The position numbers and the translations under genes are program-made. The notes under the pieces are model-generated. The model worked only from the letters and a program-made list of their open reading frames with translations. It was not told where the DNA came from and did not search any database. Positions 29,688 through 39,081 of a stretch of DNA of 64,000 nt are shown here, piece by piece. Each line of letters begins with the position of its first letter. Positions within the stretch are counted from its first letter, which is position 1. The stretch is taken from assembly GCA_036340075.1 (NCBI GenBank), contig JAYYZJ010000012.1, positions 32,001-96,000 on the forward strand, written 5' to 3'. The stretch comes from Thermodesulfobacteriota bacterium (GTDB lineage Bacteria > Desulfobacterota_D > UBA1144).

Positions 29688-31064
29688 ATGAGTAAAAGAG
29701 ATGAATTTTCAGAGATGTTGTCATCTTTGCTTGGGGAGAGATTTAGTTTATCTGAAAGTGTTAGATCTAATTATGCAAAAGGCGAAGATATCTTTGATCC
29801 AGTCCTACCTTTCGCGGTTGCTTTCCCTAATTCCACAGAAGAAGTTTCTCAAATACTAAAGTTGTGTAACAAGTTTAAAGTACCCGTAGTTCCATTTGCT
29901 GCAGGAACCTCACTTGAAGGACAAGTAGTAGGAAACCAAGATGGTATATCAATTAGTATGGAAAATTTCAATAAGATTATTGAAGTAAATAATGAAGATT
30001 TCGACTGCAGAGTGGAAGCCGCGGTAACCAGAATTCAATTAAACAATTATCTTAAAGACAAAGGTGTCTTTTTCCCTATAGACCCTGGAGCTGATGCAAC
30101 AATTGGTGGCATGTGTGCTACTTCAGCATCAGGAACTATGGCTGTAAGATACGGAACAATGAAAACAAGTGTTTTAGGATTCACGATTGTTCTTCCAAGT
30201 GGTGAGATTATAACTACAGGTGGAAGATCAAAGAAAACTTCTGCAGGTTATAATTTAAATGGACTTTTTATTGGCTCAGAAGGCACACTTGGGATAATTA
30301 CTGAAATTCAGTTAAGACTCAGCCCTGTTCCAGAGAGCATAATTAGTGGTATATGCCATTTCGAAACTGTTAATGATGCAGTTAATTCTGTAAAAGAAAT
30401 AATTCAATATGGAATACCTGTTGCAAGAATAGAACTCTTGAATGCTGAACAAATGGAAATAAGTATAAATTTTTCTAACCTATCAGGCTTAGACATTAAA
30501 CCCACTCTTTTTTTTGAATTTCATGGAACTGAGGATTCAAATATTGAATCAGTAAGGAATGCAAATGAAATATGTGACAGCAATAATGGATTTAAATTTA
30601 GTTGGTCAAAAGATTTTGAAGAAAGAAACAAGCTTTGGAAAGCAAGACACGATGTTTACTGGTCAGTAAAAGCTCTTAAGCCTAATTCTAGAGTTTATGC
30701 TACGGATGCATGTGTCCCCATAACAAGGTTAGCTGAATGTATTGAGTTTGCAGAAATTGAAATAAAAAAATTCAATCTTCGAGCTCCTATTATTGGGCAC
30801 GTTGGTGATGGTAATTTTCATGTAACTGTTTTGTATGACCCAGAGAAAAAGAATGATTTTGATGTGATTAGAAAATTTAGTGATAAACTAGTTTCCAAGT
30901 CATTAGAACTAGGGGGGACTATTACAGGAGAGCATGGAATAGGATTGAATAAGAAGGAGTACCTATCCTTAGAACACAATGATTCCATCCCCCTTATGAA
31001 GGCACTTAAAAAGTGTATTGATCCTAACAATATTATGAATCCAGGAAAAGTTTTTGATTTATGA
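29688..31064 (+). CDS. FAD-linked oxidase, D-lactate dehydrogenase/GlcD family
   Basis: GTSLEG, DPGADATIGG, GSEGTLG, GHVGDGNFH, GEHGIG and NPGK. Confidence 0.88.
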   Translation: MSKRDEFSEMLSSLLGERFSLSESVRSNYAKGEDIFDPVLPFAVAFPNSTEEVSQILKLCNKFKVPVVPFAAGTSLEGQVVGNQDGISISMENFNKIIEVNNEDFDCRVEAAVTRIQLNNYLKDKGVFFPIDPGADATIGGMCATSASGTMAVRYGTMKTSVLGFTIVLPSGEIITTGGRSKKTSAGYNLNGLFIGSEGTLGIITEIQLRLSPVPESIISGICHFETVNDAVNSVKEIIQYGIPVARIELLNAEQMEISINFSNLSGLDIKPTLFFEFHGTEDSNIESVRNANEICDSNNGFKFSWSKDFEERNKLWKARHDVYWSVKALKPNSRVYATDACVPITRLAECIEFAEIEIKKFNLRAPIIGHVGDGNFHVTVLYDPEKKNDFDVIRKFSDKLVSKSLELGGTITGEHGIGLNKKEYLSLEHNDSIPLMKALKKCIDPNNIMNPGKVFDL

Positions 31065-31149
31065 GAATTAACCTAAATACGCGGAATCATTGGATATTCT
31101 TAATTTTGACTAAAATTGATGAAACAATGCCTAAAAGAAGGGCGTATTT

Positions 31150-31171
31150 GTTAAGAAAAAGTTAAGAAAAC
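31150..31171 (+). promoter_or_regulatory. 11-bp tandem direct repeat, putative OmpR/PhoB-family binding site
   Basis: GTTAAGAAAAA-GTTAAGAAAAC directly upstream of the -35 box. Confidence 0.5.
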
Positions 31172-31173
31172 CC

Positions 31174-31203
31174 TTGACTTAGCACCTTAAAATGACTTAT
31201 TGT
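31174..31203 (+). promoter_or_regulatory. Putative sigma70 promoter of major porin
   Basis: TTGACT-18 nt-TATTGT; perfect AAGGAGGT RBS downstream. Confidence 0.55.
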
Positions 31204-31235
31204 TATGTATCTTTACAAAAAGGAGGTAAGGACGG

Positions 31236-32873
31236 ATGCGTATAATGAAATATGTATTTGCTTTGGTATTCGCCATTGGTTTAGCTATTCCTACTTTTGC
31301 TGTAGAACTTAGCCTTGGTGGATTTCCAAGTTTCATGAGATTCCGTTGGAGAACCATTCAAAATGGTACTTATCACAACATCTTAACACCTGCCGAACTT
31401 GATGACATGGGCGGCGGTTTAGATGCTGATACTACTGGTGAGAACATCCATTTTGCTGATATGACTCTTCGTTTATCACCTCAATTAGTACTTAGTGATG
31501 CTGTTACAATTAGAACAACACTTGATGTTTTAAGTAACGCAATTGCTGGTGGTGCTACTGGTGGTTTATTTGGTGAAGACTCAGATGGTTCAGAAGGTGG
31601 CGGTGTTGTCATGGACGACCTAAGATATACCGATAGATTTAACGGTTCATTCCTATGGGGTGACGATGCTGTGTCAGAAGACTATGGCACATTTACTGTT
31701 AAGTTTATGCACGCGGATATCAATTTAGGTGAAAGAGGTTTCGTAAGAATCGGTAGACAACCATTTGATTGGGGTCTTGGTACTTATGCAAACGGTGGAC
31801 ACGATCCTTATTCAGATAAAGGATTTAACGTTGATCGTTTACTATGGTTAAAAGGATTCGGTACACCTCTAGGTAGTTTAACTTTAGTGTTAGTATCTGA
31901 TTATTTAGGTGGTGGTTCTGACCACGATAGCCCGGATGGTAACAACGTTGCTGCAGATAACTCATTTGGTTTATTTGAAGGTAACGGTCAAACTGTTGAC
32001 TACTTAGCTGCCGCTGTAATTGTTAACAACGGCGCACTAACATATGGTGGTTACTACTTCCCATATATCGAACAAAATAACATGGATATTGGTGGTGGTA
32101 GATCAGAAATTGACATGGCATTAGCACTTTATAGTGCATATGTACAATGGAAAACTTCTGACTATATGTGGCATACAGAATATACAGGTGCTTACGGTGA
32201 ATTGAGTTTAGCTAACGCTGACCAGTTAACTGTTACACGTAATAACTATGTTCTAATGTCTAGACTAGAACTTTACCCAACTGCTCCATTTAGTAAGATT
32301 TTATTTGAAGCAGGTATGTCACCAGGTGACCAGTCTAATACATCAGCTGGTAACAACGACTACGAAGGTTCTATTGTTAGATTCAATGGTGCATATAACT
32401 TAGACCAATTGCTATTTAAACACGTTATTCCTACTCTTTATCAAAGATCAGGAAGTGTTATAAATGCTAAGTACCTTAAAGGTGCGGTTGATTATGGCTT
32501 AGCTAATGGTGATAACCTTAACTTAGCTGTAATTATGGCTTGGCATGAAAATGACAAACCAGCAGACCAAAGCTTAGGTGCTAACGCTGGTGGATCAGCA
32601 GGTACTGCAGGTTCTCTAGACAAATTTATAGGTACTGAATATGAAGCTACTTATTCAACTAATTTAGTTGATGGTGTAGAACTTTCATTTATTGGTTCTT
32701 ATATTGATGTAGGAAGTGGTTTGGAAGATGCTTTAATCGCACAAACCTATTCTAACTATTCAAAAGCAAGATCTAAGTCGTTACTAGAAACAGAAGGAAA
32801 CATTTGGGCGTTTCAATCTAGATTATTAATCTTTATTGATGACTTCTTTAAAGCTCCTGCTGCAAGTAAGTAA
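31236..32873 (+). CDS. Probable major outer-membrane porin/beta-barrel protein
   Basis: Signal peptide; Gly/Asp/Asn-rich amphipathic strands (RIGRQPFDWGLG, IGTEYE); strong RBS; own terminator; codon usage typical of high expression. Confidence 0.75.
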   Translation: MRIMKYVFALVFAIGLAIPTFAVELSLGGFPSFMRFRWRTIQNGTYHNILTPAELDDMGGGLDADTTGENIHFADMTLRLSPQLVLSDAVTIRTTLDVLSNAIAGGATGGLFGEDSDGSEGGGVVMDDLRYTDRFNGSFLWGDDAVSEDYGTFTVKFMHADINLGERGFVRIGRQPFDWGLGTYANGGHDPYSDKGFNVDRLLWLKGFGTPLGSLTLVLVSDYLGGGSDHDSPDGNNVAADNSFGLFEGNGQTVDYLAAAVIVNNGALTYGGYYFPYIEQNNMDIGGGRSEIDMALALYSAYVQWKTSDYMWHTEYTGAYGELSLANADQLTVTRNNYVLMSRLELYPTAPFSKILFEAGMSPGDQSNTSAGNNDYEGSIVRFNGAYNLDQLLFKHVIPTLYQRSGSVINAKYLKGAVDYGLANGDNLNLAVIMAWHENDKPADQSLGANAGGSAGTAGSLDKFIGTEYEATYSTNLVDGVELSFIGSYIDVGSGLEDALIAQTYSNYSKARSKSLLETEGNIWAFQSRLLIFIDDFFKAPAASK

Positions 32874-32893
32874 CTCTTAGTTTAATTACTTTT

Positions 32894-32929
32894 GGGAGTC
32901 CTATGAAAATTAGGACTCCCTTTTTTTTT
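32894..32929 (+). terminator. Rho-independent terminator
   Basis: Perfect 10-bp stem GGGAGTCCTA-7 nt loop-TAGGACTCCC followed by T9. Confidence 0.92.
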
Positions 32930-32951
32930 ATAATCTGATAGATTAATAGTA

Positions 32952-34463
32952 ATGATTCGAAAGTTCTTGATAGTCTTTCTATTTTTTACCACTTCAGCAT
33001 TGTCTATTTCTTTAGATGATGCAATAACATACGCACTTCAAAACAATAGTAATATTAAACTTCAAGAAGCTGAAATAGAGCTAGAAAAAGGTTTAATTAA
33101 AGGAGCAAAAAGTCTCTACGATCCAAGTATAGGAATAGAATTTAATTATTCAGATGCAATCATACCAAGCACATCTGCTTTTGCCAAGAATAACGTAGTT
33201 AATGAGAATGTGACATATGCAAGTCTCGGCTTAGATGGATACTTGCCAACAGGCACTTATTATAAGATTTTTAATTTCGAAATTGATAAAACAGAAACCG
33301 ATCTAGGGTCAAGCGCTATTAGTCCACGATGGGATACAGATCTTAAATTTACACTCGGTCAAAATCTGCTAAAAGATTTCGGACCTAAAATTAATAATGC
33401 AAAGATTTTAATTGCACAAAGAAATTCTAAAATATCAAAAATAGAATTAGAAAGAGTAATTTCAAAAACTATTCTTGATGTAGAAAAGAAATATTGGAAT
33501 GCTGTGTACAGCAAAAAGAACTATGAACTTTCAAAATTGTCTTTAGACTTAGCGATAGATTTATTCAAGAAAAACGAAGTCGAAGTTGAACTAGGCACAC
33601 TACCTAAAATAGCTTTATTACAAACAAAGTCAGAAGTTGCCCTTAGAGAAACAGATTTGATTAAATCAGAAAATAAGTACAAAGAAGCGCTGGATTTATT
33701 GAAGATATCTATGTCGTTACCTATAACTGAGAAAATTGAAGTTGATTCAGATGTAACAATGAAAGCCTCAGCTAATTTAGATCCTGACAAGCTAGATACT
33801 ATTGCAATTAAAAACAGACCAGAATTAAAACAAGGTGCTATTTTATTAGAAAATTCTAATGAACTAGCAGAGTATTACTTTAATCAATTGTTGCCTGATT
33901 TTAATGTTGAGGCCACTTTGGGTTATACAGGATTAAGTGGTGAAAAAAATTCTGATTATTCATCAGCGATTCTAGGACAACCCAAGATTGCAAGTCGTTA
34001 TGATGGAAAATTTAGAGATTCCATTAACAATTTGGAAACTTTAGATAATCGTTATTGGAGTGTAGGAGCAAGTATCTCGATACCGTTAAACAATAACGCA
34101 GCTAAGGGACAATATGAGGAAGCAATTGCTACCAAAACTCAAAGATTGATAGAATTAGATAAAGTTCTTAATTCTATTAAATTCGAAGCACGAAAATCAT
34201 ATAGACAAGTTGCTTCAAGTATTAAAGAAGTAAAAGCATCTGAGTTAAATATTTCTTTGCATAAACAAATGCTAGAGATAGAAAAAGAATTATTTGAACT
34301 TGGAATGTCAAAAACACGAGATGTGCTTCAAGCACAAAGAGATTTAATTAAAGCTGAAACTCAATACAACAAAGCTCTAACAGATTACAATGTATCTCTG
34401 ACATCTTTAGACTATTCTCTTGGAACCTTGATTAAAGAAAAGAAAATTGTATTAGATGACTAA
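32952..34463 (+). CDS. TolC family outer membrane channel
   Basis: Signal peptide; SLDDAI..AL.NN; two-repeat OEP pattern (RPEL, LLP.F, DVLQAQ). Confidence 0.88.
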   Translation: MIRKFLIVFLFFTTSALSISLDDAITYALQNNSNIKLQEAEIELEKGLIKGAKSLYDPSIGIEFNYSDAIIPSTSAFAKNNVVNENVTYASLGLDGYLPTGTYYKIFNFEIDKTETDLGSSAISPRWDTDLKFTLGQNLLKDFGPKINNAKILIAQRNSKISKIELERVISKTILDVEKKYWNAVYSKKNYELSKLSLDLAIDLFKKNEVEVELGTLPKIALLQTKSEVALRETDLIKSENKYKEALDLLKISMSLPITEKIEVDSDVTMKASANLDPDKLDTIAIKNRPELKQGAILLENSNELAEYYFNQLLPDFNVEATLGYTGLSGEKNSDYSSAILGQPKIASRYDGKFRDSINNLETLDNRYWSVGASISIPLNNNAAKGQYEEAIATKTQRLIELDKVLNSIKFEARKSYRQVASSIKEVKASELNISLHKQMLEIEKELFELGMSKTRDVLQAQRDLIKAETQYNKALTDYNVSLTSLDYSLGTLIKEKKIVLDD

Positions 34464-36028
34464 TGCTTAAAGTGACGAACACCAACAAAAATCATGGCAA
34501 TATCATTTTCATTGGCTGCTTCTATTACTTCATCATCTCTGATTGAGCCACCCGGTTGAACTATAGCTGTAATTCCTGCCTTTGCAGCTTCATCTATTCC
34601 ATCTCTGAAAGGGAAAAAAGCATCAGAAGCCATAACAGAATCTTTTGTTCCGTAGTAATCTTTAGCTTTAATTGTAGCTAATTGCACAGAATTAACTCTA
34701 TTCATTTGTCCAGCACCAATCCCAACTGTTTTGTTTTCTCTTGCAAAAACTATTGCATTCGACTTTACGTTCTTGCAAACTTTCCACGCTAACAATAATG
34801 TTTTAATCTCGTCCTCGGAAGGCGCTCTTTTTGTTGCTACCTTATAATCCACAAAGTCTTCTTCTGAAGTATTGTCAGCGTCTTGATAAAGAACCCCGCC
34901 TACAACCTTTTTTATATCCATTGATTTTTTAGCATCTTGCTTTATTGGTGGACTTTTAAGAACTCTAAGGTTCTTCTTTGATTTCAGAATTTCAAGTGCA
35001 TCCTCTGAATAGTCAGGGGCAATTAATACTTCAATAAAAGTATTTGTTATTTCTTTGGCTACCTCTTTATCTACAGTATTGTTAAATGCAACAATCCCAC
35101 CAAATGCACTTACAGGATCGCAGTCTCTAGCATCAATATATGCTTGTAATGTATTTTTATGTTCCGCAACTCCACAAGGATTGTTGTGTTTAACTATTAC
35201 GCAAGCATTAGAGTTGAATTCTTTTACAGTTTCAAAACAGGAATCAGCATCATAAATATTATTTAAGGATAATTCTTTACCTTGAAGCTGAACAGAGTTG
35301 GCAACACATGCTTCTGATATATTATCTTGAACAAAGAAAGATCCATCTTGATGAGGGTTCTCTCCATAACGTAAATCGTATGATTTTTGATAATGTAGTG
35401 TTAGGGTATCAGGCATTTTATTTTTAGAATTATCTAGATTTAATTTACCCAAGTGATTAGATATTGCGGCATCATATTTAGTTACATAAGCAAACGCCTT
35501 CTTTGCAAATTCATAATTTGTTTCTTTGTTGACATCAAGATTGTTTTTAGATATTTCTTTAATCACGGATTCATAATCTGAAGGATCAACAATTACCGTC
35601 ACATCTTGAAAGTTCTTTGATGCAGCCCTAACTATTGTGGGCCCCCCAATATCTATATTTTCTATAACCTCTTGAAAGCCAACATCTTCATTCTCTATAG
35701 TTTTTTCGAACGGATAAAAATTAACAATGACTAAATCAATAGGCTTTACAGATTCACTTTCAAGATCAATTTTATGCTGAGGATTTTCTCTAATAGCTAG
35801 AATTCCAGCATGAATTTTTGGATGAAGAGTTTTAACTCTCCCATCTAACATTTCAGGAAATCCAGTTATATCAGAGACATCTTTTACTTCAATACCTTTT
35901 TCCCTGAGGAATTTTGCTGTTCCACCGCTTGATATTATCTCTACTCCTCTATCAGAAAGCTCCTTAGCTATGATGTCGAGGTTAGATTTGTCCCAAACGC
36001 TGATTAATGCAGTTTTAATGATGCTCAT
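34460..36028 (-). CDS. purH: AICAR transformylase/IMP cyclohydrolase
   Basis: ALISVWDK, GRVKTLHP, IDIGGP, RYGENPHQ, KHNNPCG, SDAFFPF and RHFKH. Confidence 0.98.
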   Translation of the reverse strand: MSIIKTALISVWDKSNLDIIAKELSDRGVEIISSGGTAKFLREKGIEVKDVSDITGFPEMLDGRVKTLHPKIHAGILAIRENPQHKIDLESESVKPIDLVIVNFYPFEKTIENEDVGFQEVIENIDIGGPTIVRAASKNFQDVTVIVDPSDYESVIKEISKNNLDVNKETNYEFAKKAFAYVTKYDAAISNHLGKLNLDNSKNKMPDTLTLHYQKSYDLRYGENPHQDGSFFVQDNISEACVANSVQLQGKELSLNNIYDADSCFETVKEFNSNACVIVKHNNPCGVAEHKNTLQAYIDARDCDPVSAFGGIVAFNNTVDKEVAKEITNTFIEVLIAPDYSEDALEILKSKKNLRVLKSPPIKQDAKKSMDIKKVVGGVLYQDADNTSEEDFVDYKVATKRAPSEDEIKTLLLAWKVCKNVKSNAIVFARENKTVGIGAGQMNRVNSVQLATIKAKDYYGTKDSVMASDAFFPFRDGIDEAAKAGITAIVQPGGSIRDDEVIEAANENDIAMIFVGVRHFKH

Positions 36029-36113
36029 AGGATATGTATATTCTAATAGAAATTAGCAATATTTAAAGACCATGAGAAATGTTCTTTGTTATAATTAAGA
36101 TACCGAGGTAAAA

Positions 36114-36992
36114 ATGAAAGATGTTTTTTCTAACCTTTCGACTGAGAAAAGAAAAAAGGAATTAAAGACCGACAATAAGACATTTGCCGAATTAGTTGAT
36201 TCCTTTGTTGAAGAAGAAAGAACAATTAACACTGTTCTAAAAGCTAATTCAAAAAAGATTGCTCAAGCTTCAGAGGTTTTTTTCGATGTATTTACAAAAG
36301 GAGGAAGAATATTTTTTATTGGTGCAGGTACAAGTGGTAGGTTGGGAATACTTGAAGCTGCAGAATGCCCGCCAACATTTGGAACCTCACCGAAACAAAT
36401 TCAAGGTATTATCGCAGGAGGCAATAGGGCTATCTTAAAGGCTGTTGAAGGAGCGGAAGACTCTACGTCATCTTCAAAGAAAGATTTAATGGCTAAAAAA
36501 ATATCTCATAATGATCTTTTAATTGGTATTTCTGCCAGCGGGAAAACAAAATATGTTCTTTCAGGTATAAGTTATGCAAAAAAAGTTAAATCCCAAACAA
36601 TATTTATAACTTGTAATAAACAAACAAAGAAAATATCTAATATTGATATTGTCCTTAATGTGGGACCAGAAATTGTATCAGGATCAACAAGACTAAAATC
36701 TGGGACAATTACAAAAAATGTTTTAAATATTATTTCAACTGCAGCAATGATAAAAGCAGAAAAAATATTTATGAACTTAATGATAGATATAAAGCCAATA
36801 ACTGAAAAACTTAAAGCAAGAGCAATCAGGAATATCTCTATAATACTTAATATAAGTAGGACAGAAGCAATCAAATTATTAAAAAGAAGCAAGTGGAACA
36901 TAAGAGTAGGTATCTTTATGCATAAGAAGAAACTAAATTTTAAGGAGGCAGAACTTCTATCTAAGACTAAACCAATAAAGGAATTATTTTGA
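36114..36992 (+). CDS. murQ: MurNAc-6-phosphate etherase
   Basis: GAGTSGRLGILEAAECPPTFG, AVEGAED and GPE.VSGSTRLKSG. Confidence 0.94.
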   Translation: MKDVFSNLSTEKRKKELKTDNKTFAELVDSFVEEERTINTVLKANSKKIAQASEVFFDVFTKGGRIFFIGAGTSGRLGILEAAECPPTFGTSPKQIQGIIAGGNRAILKAVEGAEDSTSSSKKDLMAKKISHNDLLIGISASGKTKYVLSGISYAKKVKSQTIFITCNKQTKKISNIDIVLNVGPEIVSGSTRLKSGTITKNVLNIISTAAMIKAEKIFMNLMIDIKPITEKLKARAIRNISIILNISRTEAIKLLKRSKWNIRVGIFMHKKKLNFKEAELLSKTKPIKELF

Positions 36993-37013
36993 AGATAGAA
37001 AATTAATATTTAT

Positions 37014-38129
37014 ATGAAAATAATTGGAGTTAATTCAGGGACATCAGCCGATGCACTCGATATCTGTCTTGCTGAATTTAATAATGAATCTATAAAACTT
37101 TTATATGCTAGCACATTCAAATACCCAACAGTCCTTAGACAAGAAATTCTCAACTCAGGTCCAAACTCAAAAATATATGATATTGAAAGTTTAAATTTAA
37201 AATTAGGTGATTTCGTATCAAAAAAAATAAACTTTTTTTTAAAAAAGAATGATTTGTTAAGTAAGCACATAGATGCAATTGGTTTACATGGCCAAACAAT
37301 ACACCATTCTCAAGATTTAAATAGAACCGTATCTGTTCAAATAACTGAAGCAGACTTAGTAGCTCAATCAACAGGGATATTAACTATTTTTGATTTCAGA
37401 AAAAAAGATATAGTAGCAGGTGGCACTGGTGCTCCACTTATTCCAATTTTAGATTATTATCTCTTTCCAAAAATCGAAAAACCTTTTATTTGTCAAAACT
37501 TAGGAGGAATTGCAAATGCTACTTTAGTAGAGAGTACTCTGTCCCGTTGTATAGGATATGATTCTGGGCCAGCTAATACATTGATAGACAAGGCAATTCA
37601 ATTAAGAACAAAAGGCACCACCTTTTATGATCAAAACGGAGCAATGGCAAGTAAAGGAAATGTGAACAATGAATTATTAAAAAAAATTCTCTCACACCCA
37701 TATTTTAGGATTCTTCCACCTAAATCAACAGGAAATAGAGAATTTGGGATAGAATATGCTAACAATTTATATAAATATTCATTAAAAAAGAAAATTAAAT
37801 TTAATGATTTGTTAGCAACACTATCGATGGTTACAGTGGAATCTATAGCAAGCTCATATGAAAATTTCATTTTTCCTATTTCATCCCCTAAATTAGTTAT
37901 CATGTCCGGAGGAGGAGTTAAAAACAGATTCATTGTTTCTCAGCTTAAGAAAAGACTACCTCAACTTGAATTTTCTATATCTGACAATCTAAAGGTTCCA
38001 GCCAAATATAAAGAGTCAATATTATTTGCTCTTCTTGCTTTTTTAAGATTAAAAAATAAAAGATTGAATCTTAAAAATTTAACTGGCTCCAAAGAGCTAA
38101 TACTTTTGGGTAAAATCGCTAAACCATAG
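37014..38129 (+). CDS. anmK: Anhydro-N-acetylmuramic acid kinase
   Basis: NSGTSADALD, HGQT, DFR..D..AGG.GAPL, NLGGIAN, DSGPAN and PKSTGNRE. Confidence 0.94.
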   Translation: MKIIGVNSGTSADALDICLAEFNNESIKLLYASTFKYPTVLRQEILNSGPNSKIYDIESLNLKLGDFVSKKINFFLKKNDLLSKHIDAIGLHGQTIHHSQDLNRTVSVQITEADLVAQSTGILTIFDFRKKDIVAGGTGAPLIPILDYYLFPKIEKPFICQNLGGIANATLVESTLSRCIGYDSGPANTLIDKAIQLRTKGTTFYDQNGAMASKGNVNNELLKKILSHPYFRILPPKSTGNREFGIEYANNLYKYSLKKKIKFNDLLATLSMVTVESIASSYENFIFPISSPKLVIMSGGGVKNRFIVSQLKKRLPQLEFSISDNLKVPAKYKESILFALLAFLRLKNKRLNLKNLTGSKELILLGKIAKP

Positions 38130-38133
38130 AACC

Positions 38134-39081
38134 ATGAAAAATTTATCAAATTTAATAGTGCCAAGAATAAATGTAAATTCGGATTCCTCTATTAATGAAA
38201 CTATAGGTTTAATTCAGGAATTTGATTTTAATGCTTTTATTCTTTTTGCAACTGAAAAGGTAGTATTCAAAGAAGAGTCAAAATTTTCTCTAGAAAGACT
38301 TAATTATACTAGGGAACAATTAGAAAAAAATTCTGATAAAGATATCTTGTTTTTTATTGACGCTGAAAATGGACTAGGACATAGATGTAGTGATTATAAT
38401 GAATTACCAAGAATGGAGTTCAATGAGATTAATTTAGAATTATATGAAAACCAAATATCTTTTAATTTAGCTCCAGTGGTTGATATAAACGAATTTCGAG
38501 AAAAGATCTTGGAAGAAAGATGTTATTCCAATAATCCAAAGGAAGTTACGAAGATTGCTAATCTTTTTATAGAGGCAGCATATTCTAACAATGTCATACC
38601 TTGTATTAAACATTTTCCTGGCCATGGTGCTGCCAAAGGTGATACGCATACTCAAATTGTTAATTCAGATTTAAGTTTGGATAGAATAAATTCTACACAT
38701 CTTAAACCTTTTTTAGATTTAATTGACAAGGTTGAGCTAATCATGATGAATCATGTACATTATTCATCAATAGATACTGAGAGCGTTCCTGCATCAATGT
38801 CGAAGAACATAATGGATATTTTAAGAAACCAAAACTATAAAGGCATAATTATTTCTGACTCCATTAGGATGGGAGGAATTGCTAATCAATACACTCAAGA
38901 AAAGATTATAGAAGAATTTATTTTAAATGGAGGAGACTTAATTCTAGATCCCTTAAATCCAAAAGATGCAATAGCAATATTAAATAAAATCTACAAAGCA
39001 GGAAATGAAGACGTTATTGAAAACAAAATTAATCTGATTGATGATTTAAAATCAAAAGCGATTCAATATTTAGCAAGATGA
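38134..39081 (+). CDS. nagZ: GH3 beta-N-acetylhexosaminidase
   Basis: NLAPVVD; KHFPGHG....DTH NagZ signature; ISD nucleophile region; operon context. Confidence 0.85.
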   Translation: MKNLSNLIVPRINVNSDSSINETIGLIQEFDFNAFILFATEKVVFKEESKFSLERLNYTREQLEKNSDKDILFFIDAENGLGHRCSDYNELPRMEFNEINLELYENQISFNLAPVVDINEFREKILEERCYSNNPKEVTKIANLFIEAAYSNNVIPCIKHFPGHGAAKGDTHTQIVNSDLSLDRINSTHLKPFLDLIDKVELIMMNHVHYSSIDTESVPASMSKNIMDILRNQNYKGIIISDSIRMGGIANQYTQEKIIEEFILNGGDLILDPLNPKDAIAILNKIYKAGNEDVIENKINLIDDLKSKAIQYLAR

